A stretch of DNA of 64,000 nucleotides, taken from positions 124,001-188,000 of IMG/VR virus record IMGVR_UViG_3300032675_000001, one strand, 5' to 3'. A program made the position numbers and the translations under genes. Position 1 is the stretch's first letter. The number at the start of each line of letters is the position of its first letter. A model generated the notes under the pieces. It saw only the letters and a program-made list of their open reading frames with translations, did no database searches and had not been told where the DNA came from. Of this stretch, positions 42,901 to 52,565 are shown piece after piece.

Positions 42901-43797
42901 AATGCAACTGGCTCGGCAAACTCCGCAGTAAACGGGGTGGTTGGAGCTATAGGCGGTGCACTAAGTTCCGGTGCAACTATATTGGGCGCTGCGGCAGGTG
43001 CGGCAGCAGATTGGGTTTCTAGCGTATTCAAGTTAGGAAAACCAAAACCAGAATATGTTGGTGTTATGCAGATCGCAAAAAAATCTGGTGATCCTCATCC
43101 GGAAATAACTGCAGCACAGTGGGCATTGGAATCCGGATGGGGTAAACATATGTCTGGTAAAAACAACCCATTTGGGCAAAAAGCAAAAAAGGATAAAGGT
43201 GGAAATCCTATAGAGCCAGCCACTTTACGCAGAACGCGAGAAGTTATAGGAGGAAAGGAGATATTCATCAATGATTATTTCAAAGATTATCCTACACAAG
43301 ATGCTGCAATTGCTGAACATGCACAAAAGTGGACAGCAAGAAAAACCCAGCCGGGATCATCCCCGCTAGAAGCTGCCGCAGCAATTAAAGCGGCAGGATA
43401 TGCCACTGACCCAAATTATGTTAAATCATTGGCTAATATTGTTGCAAGTAATGGTATTGATCCAAAAGCGCCACTGAAAGCCGCAAAAGGTGGTATTTTT
43501 GATGGTCCAATAACTGGATATCCAATGGAACTTCACGGAACTGAAATTGTAGTACCAATGGATAAAGACTCCTTACTAAAAAGACTGGCCACACAAAATC
43601 ATGACGAACAGGAGGATTTGTTACATTCACTTATGTCGCCTGAAACAAAAATCCATCATGAAACAGAATCTGATGTTATTGTAAAAATGGATACGGAAAT
43701 GAAGATGGTTTTACTTGATAAGTTAAGTAAAATGCTATCGGTCATTGATAGTAGACATGAAACTGCTAAAAAAATACTACAACACACACGTACATAA
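39952..43797 (+). CDS. Tape-measure-like protein 1 with a C-terminal GH73 glucosaminidase (FlgJ-like) domain
   Basis: Long helical Ala/Lys-rich body with hydrophobic segments; AAQWALESGWG, NNPFGQK and GYATDPNY motifs; ATG 39952 aligns with the paralog start. Confidence 0.75.
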   Translation: MDADLIAQINDKLKEMNDLLTKQGSVITSQVNAINSSTSATKNLYSSTQTLSNSEKEADSTYTGVSKKSEAAAKASSVMDESTTQLTKALNDGSTAVLGFAHSMLDTTPGLTKYARSVTDMALVVSDLAAPFGLLGKAAGGIVAILGTLVGASFKYSDAAVKSYDEISKAGAGIGESADSFLKLAHQANLSSQNMGILSKGVTDLGDKLLFLGSTTSKGAETFVKMASFNDKTLKQYRNLGFTQQDLIESQEKYLELQAQSGADMRKSPQELQKASLEWIDQQNELAELTGINAKTQQEALAKALAQANFQAYITGEEQKKNDAIKRGDTALAAEIEQRIKVKKEAATYAEATYGAVKATAILQGISTDGATVIGQNQAALMRSGQNVAEYNEMLNKGQSVVKRMSSDNVNAIDQYRKNYGEMGQAAGEASRNMMKINMIDNQSIAAAARDSQLKTTAGKRQQTKEEQEAAAALEREKKYNGEIMANRAQQEQYERQIRQALDPILGKLSDQINVLVLKLQPVITKVIGLISKNMNYVIDVAKGLAVTFGIMFGAVAIGKVVGSVRSFKDGFSKWRKGESGAVGSANNAAWVVFDEKSEVLSKLSGGGGTSGIPKVRKADLLDKNGKVLQGGALQERMKKLARQQGLSGHTENSEQELGGTLGNLVDVLKYASKNAADIIKGGAALGLSLAAVGGGAAAAIWIVGKALPTFANGMKSFNEVNGKNLEGVGIGLAGIGSGILMMSSGAVLGVLSTIATLVGGKTPLQKAADELYQFQKLNIDSKKVKANGEAAIVFAKALAGAVAISEFSKLTDSLNGFFESKPPFKDFEDFSKLNINEPKVKNNATAFKEFAEAMDSYKGGGTVGTVTTAIAESVANHFKVNPPIKEFQYFSTLKIDPIQTKKNATAFKYFSEAIAEYKGTNSGVIDSLNALIGSSLNKLFNLDGPIDSFVNFTNKSFGPNAEKNADAFYKFASAMGILSGSTNATGSANSAVNGVVGAIGGALSSGATILGAAAGAAADWVSSVFKLGKPKPEYVGVMQIAKKSGDPHPEITAAQWALESGWGKHMSGKNNPFGQKAKKDKGGNPIEPATLRRTREVIGGKEIFINDYFKDYPTQDAAIAEHAQKWTARKTQPGSSPLEAAAAIKAAGYATDPNYVKSLANIVASNGIDPKAPLKAAKGGIFDGPITGYPMELHGTEIVVPMDKDSLLKRLATQNHDEQEDLLHSLMSPETKIHHETESDVIVKMDTEMKMVLLDKLSKMLSVIDSRHETAKKILQHTRT

Positions 43798-43829
43798 GAA
43801 ATATTAAATACATTGTAACGAGGAAATAG

Positions 43830-46800
43830 ATGGATTCAGAGTTAGAAGCACAGTTAAATGAACAGTTACAGCAGATGTCTGATCTATTGAGTCAGCAGAA
43901 TTCTGCTATGTCTGCTCAAATTAAGGCAATGAATGATGCCGTCAACGCATCTAACGGTCAGTCTTCTGCTGCTAAAAATTTATCCTCCGCTGAAAATGAT
44001 GCCGTAAAAAATACTAGCACAAGTAATAAAAAGGTAGAGTCTGCCGGAAAAGCCATGGACATGGTTAAAGAGGCAAATGAACGCTTATCGACCTCTTTAG
44101 ATAAAGGCAAATCAGCCATATCAGGATTTGCTGTAGCAATGACTGATGTTACCCCTGGAATGGCAAAATATGCAGCAAGCTTAAAAGATGCTACACTTGC
44201 TGTTGCTACCATGGCTTCTGGTTTTGGTCCTTTAGGAAAAGCAACAGAAGGTATTCTTGGTGTTTTTGCTAGTCTTGTTACCGCCGCCACCAAATACAAT
44301 GATGCAGTGGTTCAGGGTTATGATGATGTTTCTAAGCTAGGAGCAGGCATAGGAACGAGTGCGGAAGACATAGTTAAACTTGGACATAATGCAGGTCTTT
44401 CATCACAAAACTTATCGCTGTTGACAAAGAACGCTGCATCTTTGGGAATGAATATTCGCTCGCTTGGAACAACAACTTCCAAAGGTTTAGATACATTTGG
44501 AAAGATGATAGCAGTTGGTGATACCACTCTTGAGCAATATCGTAAGTTGGGTTTTTCTCAAGAGGACTTGATTGAAGCGCAGACTGCATATATTGACATA
44601 CAAACGCAGGCTGGTGCAGATTTAAAGAAAAGTCCAGAAGAACTCCAAAAAGCATCTTTGGCTTATATTGACAATCTTAATGTCATGGCTGAAATGACTG
44701 GTGTTTCCGTAAAGCAACAACAGGATGCACAGAAACAAGCATTAGCACAAGAAAACTTTGATGTCTATATGTCAGGACTGCAAGCCAAAAAGGCAGAAGC
44801 ATTAAAATCGGGAAACAAGGCGGAAGCGGATAGATTACAAAAAATTTATGATGCTAAGTTAGAACTTGCAACTCAGGCTAAAGCAAACCTTGATCCAAAA
44901 CAAGCACAAGGAGTTTTAGAAGGCATTTCTACTAATGGTAAGACCATTATGTCTAAAGAAGTTGCCAAGCTTGAAATGTCTGGTATTCATATTAGTAAAA
45001 TGAATGATGAATTGAACAAGGGCAACAAGCAAACCGGAAGATTACTGGGAGAAAATGCGCAGGCAGTAGAAAACTATAGAAAACGATTCGGTGATTTGGG
45101 GACTGCTGCCGGGGATGCCTCCATTGGAATGATGAATGCATTCAATCTAGGTGTAAAAAGTTTTGAGTCTGGTAATAAATTTTATGATCTCAGAACAAAA
45201 GAAGGACAAGAGGCTTGGCAAAAACAATATGATGCCACAGTAGAAAAGCAGAAAAAAGATAAAGAAAGTCATGATAAATTACTGGACCAAAGAGCGGCTC
45301 TGGAAAAGAATGAAAGACAAGCAAGATTAGCGTTTGATGATTTGCTTTCAAAACTTTCTGCTATGTTTACTAAGGTTGCTTTAAAAGCAATGCCTCTAAT
45401 GGTATCGGCTTTAACTTTCATTTCTAATCATTTTGATACTATTGTTACTGTAACTAAAACTCTTGGTATTGCACTGGCAGCACTCGCAGCAGTTATGGCT
45501 GGTGCGAAAGTTGTTAACTTTTTCCGATCATTTACTGATAATATGAAAGGAATATTTTTAGGAAAACAAACACTAGGATCATCTACTACCAAACCAATGC
45601 ATGTTCGTATGGCAGGATCAGGTAAAGCGGTTACAACTGGTTCCGGCGCAGTAAGTAAAATGATTGGAAAATCAGCAAGTGCTGGGAATTTACTAAATGA
45701 AGCGGAAGAAGTTGCCGGTAAAAAAGGTAACAAAAATGGGATGCTTGGTAAAGCAGAACAAGGCATGTCTGGGATATCAAAAATGTCCTCCGCACCGGGA
45801 GCAGACAAATCTGGAATTTTTCTGGAAGGACTAGCCAAAGGACTTCAAGCATTAGGTAAAGCTGCCCCAGAGGTTATTGAAGGTTCTGGTGCTCTAGCAG
45901 CAGCAATTGTTGCTATTGGCGCTGCAGTGGGTGCAGCAGGGTTTATACTTGGTAAAACTTTACCATATCTTGCAACGGGATTGCATGATTTTGATAAAGT
46001 TAATGGTGAAAATCTAAAAGATGTTGGTATTGGTATGGCAGGTCTCGGCGCAGGTATACTTGCCATGGGAGGTTCTACTGTTGTTAATGCATTTGGTAGT
46101 ATCGTCAGTATGTTCAGTCAGGGAAAGGATGAAAAAAATGATCCTATCAAAAAACTTGGTGAACAGATTGTCAATTTTCAAAATATACCTATTAAACCAG
46201 ATAAAGTTGAAAAGAACGCAAAAGCTTTCGTGGCGTTTTCCCAAGCATTTGCTCAAGCTGCCGCAACTTCTTCTTTGGGAACTGTTGCGTCTGGTATAGC
46301 AAATGGCGTTAGTGGATTTTTTAGTAAGGAGCCACCATTCAAAAAATTCAAAGAATTCTCTGAGTTAAAGATAAACGAAGTCCAAACAAAAAAGAATGCA
46401 TTGGCGTTTAAAGAATTTGCTGAGGCAATGTCTTCTTATCATGGCAATGGTCCATTGGGAGCACTTGGTAGCATCAGTACGGCACTTGCTGATGCTGTGT
46501 ACAAGCATTTTCAAATGAAACCACCGGTTGATGAATTTGCGCATTTTGCAAGTCTCCCTATTGATCCAAAAAAGGCAAAATCTAATGCGGAAGCATTTGT
46601 TGATTTCGCAAACGCGATGTCCAACTATAAAGCAGCGCCGGGAGCATTAGATGCTTTAAGTCAACTAGTTGGTGGTGGATTAATGAAACTGGTTGGTGTA
46701 GGAGGACCAGTTGATGCTTTTGCTGATTTTGCAAAAAGAGACTTTGGTCCAAATATGGAAAAAAATGCAGACGCATTTCAAAAATATGCCGAAAGTATGG

Positions 46801-47714
46801 CTGCGTCTGGTGGAATCGCAGGATCAAGTCCTGGTGGCGGTGGCGGCGGTGGCGCTGGTGGATCAAGTGGCGCTGGTGGCAGTGCACTACAATCAGGAGT
46901 AAGTGCAGGACAGGCTGCAGTTGGATTTGTTGGTGGTCTAGTTAGTGGTGCAGGAAATTTAGTGTCTAATGCATTTGATTGGGCAAAAGCAGGGATTACA
47001 GGAAAACCAACTGACGTTTTGAATTTCACAGGCGAATCAGGTCAATATGCAAATTTTGCAGCACTTGACCCTGCCATGCAACAGGCTGTTATTCTATCAG
47101 CAACAGATTATAAAAAAGCAACCGGAAGAAAAATGACAATAAACAGCGCAAGACGTTCTGTTGCAGACCAAGAAAGATTGTGGGCGGAAACTGTAAAGTT
47201 GGGACATCCGGGCATAGGTCCACATGGCATGTTAGTTGCGAAGCCACCAAGACTTGGTGGTAATCCTCCTCATTTAAGAGGTAATGCCATTGATATTCAA
47301 GAAGGTGTTTCTGATTCGGCTAAAGCAATACCTATTCTCAAAGCACATAACTTAAAACAAACATATGGTGGAAAAGACCCGGTTCACTTTGATTTAAAAG
47401 CAAAAGATGGTGGTGTATTTGATGGTCCACGTGGTGGATATCCTATTGCAATGCATGGTTCCGAAATGATCTCTCCTTTGAAAAAGGATTCCATTCTGAT
47501 GAAACTTGCTAAAACGTCTGCATCAAAAGTAAATGCAACTGATGCGAAAAAGAAAATATCACAAGTAAGTCAAACACATGGATCAAGTCAAGTATTATAT
47601 TCAGAAAACATGAGACTTAATAAAGAGATAGCTGAAAAGCTGGATAGAGTTATTACGGTTCTTGAAAGCGATCACGATACTCAGCATAAGATATTGCGTG
47701 AAGTTCGCATTTAA
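43830..47714 (+). CDS. Tape-measure-like protein 2 with a C-terminal M15-like Zn peptidase domain
   Basis: Colinear paralog of the previous ORF; INSARRS..Q..L, H.RGNAID and DPVHF motifs. Confidence 0.75.
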   Translation: MDSELEAQLNEQLQQMSDLLSQQNSAMSAQIKAMNDAVNASNGQSSAAKNLSSAENDAVKNTSTSNKKVESAGKAMDMVKEANERLSTSLDKGKSAISGFAVAMTDVTPGMAKYAASLKDATLAVATMASGFGPLGKATEGILGVFASLVTAATKYNDAVVQGYDDVSKLGAGIGTSAEDIVKLGHNAGLSSQNLSLLTKNAASLGMNIRSLGTTTSKGLDTFGKMIAVGDTTLEQYRKLGFSQEDLIEAQTAYIDIQTQAGADLKKSPEELQKASLAYIDNLNVMAEMTGVSVKQQQDAQKQALAQENFDVYMSGLQAKKAEALKSGNKAEADRLQKIYDAKLELATQAKANLDPKQAQGVLEGISTNGKTIMSKEVAKLEMSGIHISKMNDELNKGNKQTGRLLGENAQAVENYRKRFGDLGTAAGDASIGMMNAFNLGVKSFESGNKFYDLRTKEGQEAWQKQYDATVEKQKKDKESHDKLLDQRAALEKNERQARLAFDDLLSKLSAMFTKVALKAMPLMVSALTFISNHFDTIVTVTKTLGIALAALAAVMAGAKVVNFFRSFTDNMKGIFLGKQTLGSSTTKPMHVRMAGSGKAVTTGSGAVSKMIGKSASAGNLLNEAEEVAGKKGNKNGMLGKAEQGMSGISKMSSAPGADKSGIFLEGLAKGLQALGKAAPEVIEGSGALAAAIVAIGAAVGAAGFILGKTLPYLATGLHDFDKVNGENLKDVGIGMAGLGAGILAMGGSTVVNAFGSIVSMFSQGKDEKNDPIKKLGEQIVNFQNIPIKPDKVEKNAKAFVAFSQAFAQAAATSSLGTVASGIANGVSGFFSKEPPFKKFKEFSELKINEVQTKKNALAFKEFAEAMSSYHGNGPLGALGSISTALADAVYKHFQMKPPVDEFAHFASLPIDPKKAKSNAEAFVDFANAMSNYKAAPGALDALSQLVGGGLMKLVGVGGPVDAFADFAKRDFGPNMEKNADAFQKYAESMAASGGIAGSSPGGGGGGGAGGSSGAGGSALQSGVSAGQAAVGFVGGLVSGAGNLVSNAFDWAKAGITGKPTDVLNFTGESGQYANFAALDPAMQQAVILSATDYKKATGRKMTINSARRSVADQERLWAETVKLGHPGIGPHGMLVAKPPRLGGNPPHLRGNAIDIQEGVSDSAKAIPILKAHNLKQTYGGKDPVHFDLKAKDGGVFDGPRGGYPIAMHGSEMISPLKKDSILMKLAKTSASKVNATDAKKKISQVSQTHGSSQVLYSENMRLNKEIAEKLDRVITVLESDHDTQHKILREVRI

Positions 47715-47747
47715 ACTAAATAGTCTATAACTAAGAGAAATAGGTCC

Positions 47748-49541
47748 ATGGCATTTAAAAAGAAATTCATTAATAAGAGTGGTGTTTCCTCACCAATCTC
47801 CGGTGCAAATAGCAATGCTGGTGCATGGAACGGTTCACCGGGTCAGAATGGTATGCCAACTGGTGGCTGGAACAATGATGATTTCGGCTACAAGAATTAT
47901 ATGTCAAGGCTTCCGGAAGTCTATACTGGGCACCCAAACAGAATTGAACGATACAATCAGTATGAAATGATGGACGTTGATGCGGAAATAAATGCATGTT
48001 TGGACATTCTGGCAGAGTTTTCAACCCAACGTAACGAACACAATAGAACTCCATTTGAGATTGAGTTTAGAGATGAACCTACTCCACATGAAGTAGAACT
48101 TCTTACCAAGCAGCTACAGCAGTGGTGCAAACTCAATGAGTTTGACGTTCGTATGTTCAAGATATTCCGTAATGTTGTTAAGTATGGCGACCAAGTATTT
48201 GTTCGTGATCCAGAAACATTCAAGTTGTTCTGGGTTGATATGGTCAAAGTTATTAAAGTTATCGTTAACGAATCAGAAGGTAAGAAACCGGAACAGTATG
48301 TTATTAAAGACATCAATATTAACTTACAGAACCTGTCAGTAGCACAAAAAACAAATACCGACTTTGCTGCTAATCCAGCAACAGGACTTGGTGGATCAGG
48401 CGGAGGCACAAACACTCCATATACTGTTCCAGCAATGCCATATAATACATCTGGATCACGTTTTACTCTTGGGCAATCAGAATCGGCCATTGACTCAAAA
48501 CATGTTGTTCACCTTTCATTAACAGAGGGTCTTGATCGCTTCTGGCCATTCGGACAGAGCATTTTAGAGAACATCTTCAAAGTTTATAAACAGAAAGAAC
48601 TGTTAGAAGACGCTGTTCTTATCTATCGTGTTCAGAGAGCGCCGGAACGTAGAGTCTTTAAGATTGACGTTGGTAACATGCCATCACACATGGCAATGGC
48701 ATTCGTTGATCGTGTCAAGAACGAAATTCACCAGAGACGTATTCCCTCCATTTATGGTGGACAGTCTGTAGTTGATGCAAGCTATAATCCGCTGTCAATG
48801 AACGAAGACTATTTCTTCCCTGTTACGGCAGAAGGTCGCGGTTCAACTGTTGATATTCTTCCGGGTGGACAGAATCTTGGTGAAATTGATGACTTGAAAT
48901 ATTTCAACAATCGTCTTGCTCGTGGTCTTCGTGTTCCAAGTTCATATCTGCCAACTGGACCAGATGATAATACTACTCCAATGAATGATGGTCGTGTTGG
49001 TACTGCCATGATTCAAGAGTTCAGGTTCAACCAGTACTGCGAACGATTACAGAACTATATCTGTTTGAAACTTGATGAAGAGTTCAAGTTATTCTTGCGT
49101 TGGAGAGGGTTTAATATTGATACTGGTCTCTTTAGTATCATGTTCAACGCTCCACAAAACTTTGCATCTTACCGTCAGGCAGAAATGGATACTGCTCGTG
49201 TTTCCACTTTTGCTACGATGGAAGCATTTCCGTATATCTCAAAACGTTTTGCACTTGAAAGATTCCTAGGTCTTACCGAAGAAGAAATCAAGAAAAATGA
49301 AAAGATGTGGGCAGAAGAAAATGCTGATGAGCAGCTTGATGAACCACAGGGTTCCGATCTTAGAAACATTGGTGTTTCAACTGGTGACTTTGAAGCAGAT
49401 TCGGATACCGCAGATCAGATTGAGCAATCACAATCCGATATGGATGGAGAAATGGGTGTAGCTGGTCCAGTAGCATCAGACATTGGTGCACAAGGTGCAG
49501 CAGGAGGCGGCGCAGCAGCCGGTCCAGTCGGTAATAGTTAA
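47748..49541 (+). CDS. Portal protein, T4 gp20-like
   Basis: LLEDAVLIYRVQRAPERRVFKIDVGNMP; EDYFFP...GRGS.V..LPGGQNLGEIDD. Confidence 0.95.
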   Translation: MAFKKKFINKSGVSSPISGANSNAGAWNGSPGQNGMPTGGWNNDDFGYKNYMSRLPEVYTGHPNRIERYNQYEMMDVDAEINACLDILAEFSTQRNEHNRTPFEIEFRDEPTPHEVELLTKQLQQWCKLNEFDVRMFKIFRNVVKYGDQVFVRDPETFKLFWVDMVKVIKVIVNESEGKKPEQYVIKDININLQNLSVAQKTNTDFAANPATGLGGSGGGTNTPYTVPAMPYNTSGSRFTLGQSESAIDSKHVVHLSLTEGLDRFWPFGQSILENIFKVYKQKELLEDAVLIYRVQRAPERRVFKIDVGNMPSHMAMAFVDRVKNEIHQRRIPSIYGGQSVVDASYNPLSMNEDYFFPVTAEGRGSTVDILPGGQNLGEIDDLKYFNNRLARGLRVPSSYLPTGPDDNTTPMNDGRVGTAMIQEFRFNQYCERLQNYICLKLDEEFKLFLRWRGFNIDTGLFSIMFNAPQNFASYRQAEMDTARVSTFATMEAFPYISKRFALERFLGLTEEEIKKNEKMWAEENADEQLDEPQGSDLRNIGVSTGDFEADSDTADQIEQSQSDMDGEMGVAGPVASDIGAQGAAGGGAAAGPVGNS

Positions 49542-49558
49542 CAGGGATAAATAACTTT

Positions 49559-49798
49559 ATGAACTTAAACGAGATGTTTGATCCGCCGATTCAGGGCTTC
49601 CAAGATGTCAATTCTGACAATAGTAAACCTGTGTGGAGAACATCCCGTAAGACTAAACTTACTCTCAAGCAGATTCGCAAACTTAGACGTATGCTTGATG
49701 TAAGAAATTATGAAAAGAAAAAGCATTTAGAAAAGGTTCGTAAACAGTATGGACCAAGACCAGAAGACACCGCAGGGGCAGCACCAGCAGTGGCTTGA
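49559..49798 (+). CDS. Small basic prohead-associated protein
   Basis: Between portal and core genes; RKTKLTL.QI.KLR motif; has its own late box. Confidence 0.6.
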   Translation: MNLNEMFDPPIQGFQDVNSDNSKPVWRTSRKTKLTLKQIRKLRRMLDVRNYEKKKHLEKVRKQYGPRPEDTAGAAPAVA

Positions 49799-49830
49799 TG
49801 TTTAAAATCTCCTAAATTATTCAAAAACGT

Positions 49831-49860
49831 AAAAAGTAGGCACTTATTGCCTACTTTTTT
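49831..49860. terminator. Bidirectional rho-independent terminator
   Basis: AAAAAGTAGGCA-CTTAT-TGCCTACTTTTT. Confidence 0.75.
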
Positions 49861-49913
49861 AGTATATGGTCTAAATATATATTACAAAGCCATTTCTATC
49901 AGGAGACAATTTA

Positions 49914-50765
49914 ATGGACATTAGAAAATATGAAAAGTTGATTAATTTAGTAATCAACGAAGACCAAGAAGCAGCCGACGCTCTTTTCCACGAAATCGTA
50001 GTAGAAAAGTCACGTGAAATCTTTGAATCAATCATGTCAGAAGAAGATGATTTGGAAGAAGGAATGGGCGGACAAGTCGGTGATATGCTAGACGAGATTA
50101 ACGCTGAAGAATCAGGAATGATGGAAGGCGAAGACGAAGAAGATATTGATTTTGACCATGAAGCCGAAGAAGATGGCGAAGACTTCACACATGATTTGGA
50201 AGCAGATCATGACGAAGAAGACATGGAACATGAAGAAATTGAAGATGCTGTAATCCGCATTGAAGACAAGCTTGACCAGTTGATGGCTGAGTTTGAAGAA
50301 ATCATGGGTGGTGGTGACGAAGGCGCAGAAGATTTCGGCGGCGAAGAAGACTTTGGTGACGAAGGTGACTTCGGGGACGAAGGCGATTTCGGTGGTGAAG
50401 ACGAAGAAGAGCCAATGATGGAAAACATCAATCTTCACAAAGTTTCAGTCACACACGGCGACAACGGCGCAAACACTAAGAATCCAGTAGCTTTCAACTC
50501 AGGTCAAGCTGGAATGGACAGTCGCCCAGTTAAGTTTTCTGGCGATGCAGAAACAGTTCCAACAAGCCCAAAGAAGCCAAGTGACTACTTGACTAAGGGT
50601 GAAGGTAACTTGCCGGGAGCAGGAAACTTCAAGAACGTACCGGGTAAGAACAACTTCAAGGATAAGGGCGATGCAGCACCAAAGCCAAAGCATGGTGATG
50701 ACGGTTCCAATCACAGAAGTCCAGTTGCAGAGTCAAGACGCCCTGCACGTAGACCAGTACGATAA
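49914..50765 (+). CDS. Acidic prohead core protein
   Basis: Very D/E-rich with DFGDEG repeats; between portal and protease; SD AGGAGA. Confidence 0.65.
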   Translation: MDIRKYEKLINLVINEDQEAADALFHEIVVEKSREIFESIMSEEDDLEEGMGGQVGDMLDEINAEESGMMEGEDEEDIDFDHEAEEDGEDFTHDLEADHDEEDMEHEEIEDAVIRIEDKLDQLMAEFEEIMGGGDEGAEDFGGEEDFGDEGDFGDEGDFGGEDEEEPMMENINLHKVSVTHGDNGANTKNPVAFNSGQAGMDSRPVKFSGDAETVPTSPKKPSDYLTKGEGNLPGAGNFKNVPGKNNFKDKGDAAPKPKHGDDGSNHRSPVAESRRPARRPVR

Positions 50766-50782
50766 TAGGAATCTGAGAGCAA

Positions 50783-51421
50783 ATGGCTTTGTATCTTAGA
50801 GAGAATCTGACATTTGACCGAGCCAATATGGTAGTCGAGTCAGTGTCAGAAGGCGATGACAAACTGAAGTCCCTCTATATGAAGGGTATCTTCATTCAAG
50901 GCGGGGTAAAGAACGCAAACGAGCGCATTTACCCCGTCAATGAGATTGAAAACGCAGTTCATACTCTCAATAAGCAAATTCATGAAGGCTATTCTGTTCT
51001 AGGCGAAGTCGATCACCCAGATGATCTAAAGATCAATCTTGATCGTGTATCACATATGATTACTCAAATGTGGATGGACGGTGCAAATGGGTTCGGTAAG
51101 CTAAAAATTCTCCCAACTCCAATGGGCGATCTTGTAAAGACAATGTTGGAGTCAGGGGTTAAGCTAGGTGTATCCAGTCGTGGTTCAGGTAACGTAAACG
51201 ACTTAGATGGCCGTGTCAGTGATTTTGAAATAATCACTGTCGATATTGTTGCACAACCAAGCGCGCCAAACGCATATCCTAAAGCAATTTATGAAGGACT
51301 TCAAAACATGAAGTACGGCCATAAAGTACTTGAGATTGCTAAGGACGCTCAAGGCAACAAACAAGTACAGAGATACCTTGCTGAGGAAGTAAAGCGCCTC
51401 ATCAACGATCTCAAATTATAA
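50783..51421 (+). CDS. Prohead protease, T4 gp21-like
   Basis: N.N.R.YP, GEVDHP, GVSSRGSG and DIVAQPS motifs. Confidence 0.93.
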   Translation: MALYLRENLTFDRANMVVESVSEGDDKLKSLYMKGIFIQGGVKNANERIYPVNEIENAVHTLNKQIHEGYSVLGEVDHPDDLKINLDRVSHMITQMWMDGANGFGKLKILPTPMGDLVKTMLESGVKLGVSSRGSGNVNDLDGRVSDFEIITVDIVAQPSAPNAYPKAIYEGLQNMKYGHKVLEIAKDAQGNKQVQRYLAEEVKRLINDLKL

Positions 51422-51432
51422 GGGGAACAAGC

Positions 51433-52539
51433 ATGTTAGATGCTATCAAGCCACTACTAGAAAGCGGACTTATCAACGAGGACGTGGGCAGAGAACTAAA
51501 CGAAGCCTGGGAATCCAAGTTGAACGAAGCTCGTAGTCAAGTTCGTGCGGAACTCCATGAAGAGTTTGCACAACGTTACGAACATGACAGAATGGTTATG
51601 GTAGAATCCCTTGACAAGATGATCACTGCCCACCTCGCAGATGAAATTGCAGAATTTGCATCTGAGAGAGCAGCAATGAACGAAGACCGAGTAAAAAATC
51701 AAATCAAACTTCGCGAAAGCGCAACTAAGTTCAATGATTTCATGGTTACTAAACTAGCCGAAGAAATCCGTGAATTGCGTGCAGATCGCAAAATTCAAAT
51801 GGAAAATCAGAAGAAGTTAGAACAGTTTATTGTTCATGCTTTGGCACGTGAAATCAAAGAATTTGCGATTGATAGAGAAGCCGTTGTTGAAGCAAAGGTC
51901 AAGCTCGTTGCAGAAGGTCGCCAACAGATTGAAGCACTTAAAGAAAAGTTCATTTCTGAAAGTGCCAAGAAGGTTAGCACCATGGTTGGAAATCATCTTA
52001 AGGGTGAACTATCACAACTCAAAGAAGATATCAAAATCGCAAAAGAAAACAATTTCGGTCGCAAGATTTTTGAATCATTTGCTGGTGAATTCTCAGTAAC
52101 TTATCTCAATGATAAGGCTGAAACCCGCAAAGTGATGAGTGCTCTTGCACAAAAAGACCGTCAACTCGCAGAAGCCAAAAAGCAACTACAAAATGCTGCT
52201 AAATTGGTAGAAAGCAAGGACCGCGAAGTTCGCATTATCAAGGAATCAACTCAGCGTCAGAAGACAATGGATGAACTATTGTCAACTCTCAATGAGCAAA
52301 AAGCCGAAGTAATGAGAAGTTTGCTAGAAAGCGTTCAGACACCTAAGTTGAAGAATGCATTCGACAAATATTTACCAGCGGTACTTAATACAGGTACAGC
52401 ACCAAAGGCAACAAAGGCACCTTTGACTGAATCTGTTATTGTAGAGGCAACTGGTAATAAAACTGCCCAGAGACCAACTGAAGTCGATGAATACGAAAAA
52501 GACAACGTAATCGACATCAAGCGCCTGGCGGGGCTTTGA
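51433..52539 (+). CDS. Prohead scaffold protein, gp22-like
   Basis: Coiled coil between protease and capsid genes; several L/I/V-x-ES putative protease sites. Confidence 0.8.
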   Translation: MLDAIKPLLESGLINEDVGRELNEAWESKLNEARSQVRAELHEEFAQRYEHDRMVMVESLDKMITAHLADEIAEFASERAAMNEDRVKNQIKLRESATKFNDFMVTKLAEEIRELRADRKIQMENQKKLEQFIVHALAREIKEFAIDREAVVEAKVKLVAEGRQQIEALKEKFISESAKKVSTMVGNHLKGELSQLKEDIKIAKENNFGRKIFESFAGEFSVTYLNDKAETRKVMSALAQKDRQLAEAKKQLQNAAKLVESKDREVRIIKESTQRQKTMDELLSTLNEQKAEVMRSLLESVQTPKLKNAFDKYLPAVLNTGTAPKATKAPLTESVIVEATGNKTAQRPTEVDEYEKDNVIDIKRLAGL

Positions 52540-52565
52540 TAAAAGACATATTAGGAGAATATTAA

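Noticed and set aside
50330-50405. 18-bp DFGDEG repeats in the core protein gene
   Set aside because: Ordinary low-complexity acidic linker
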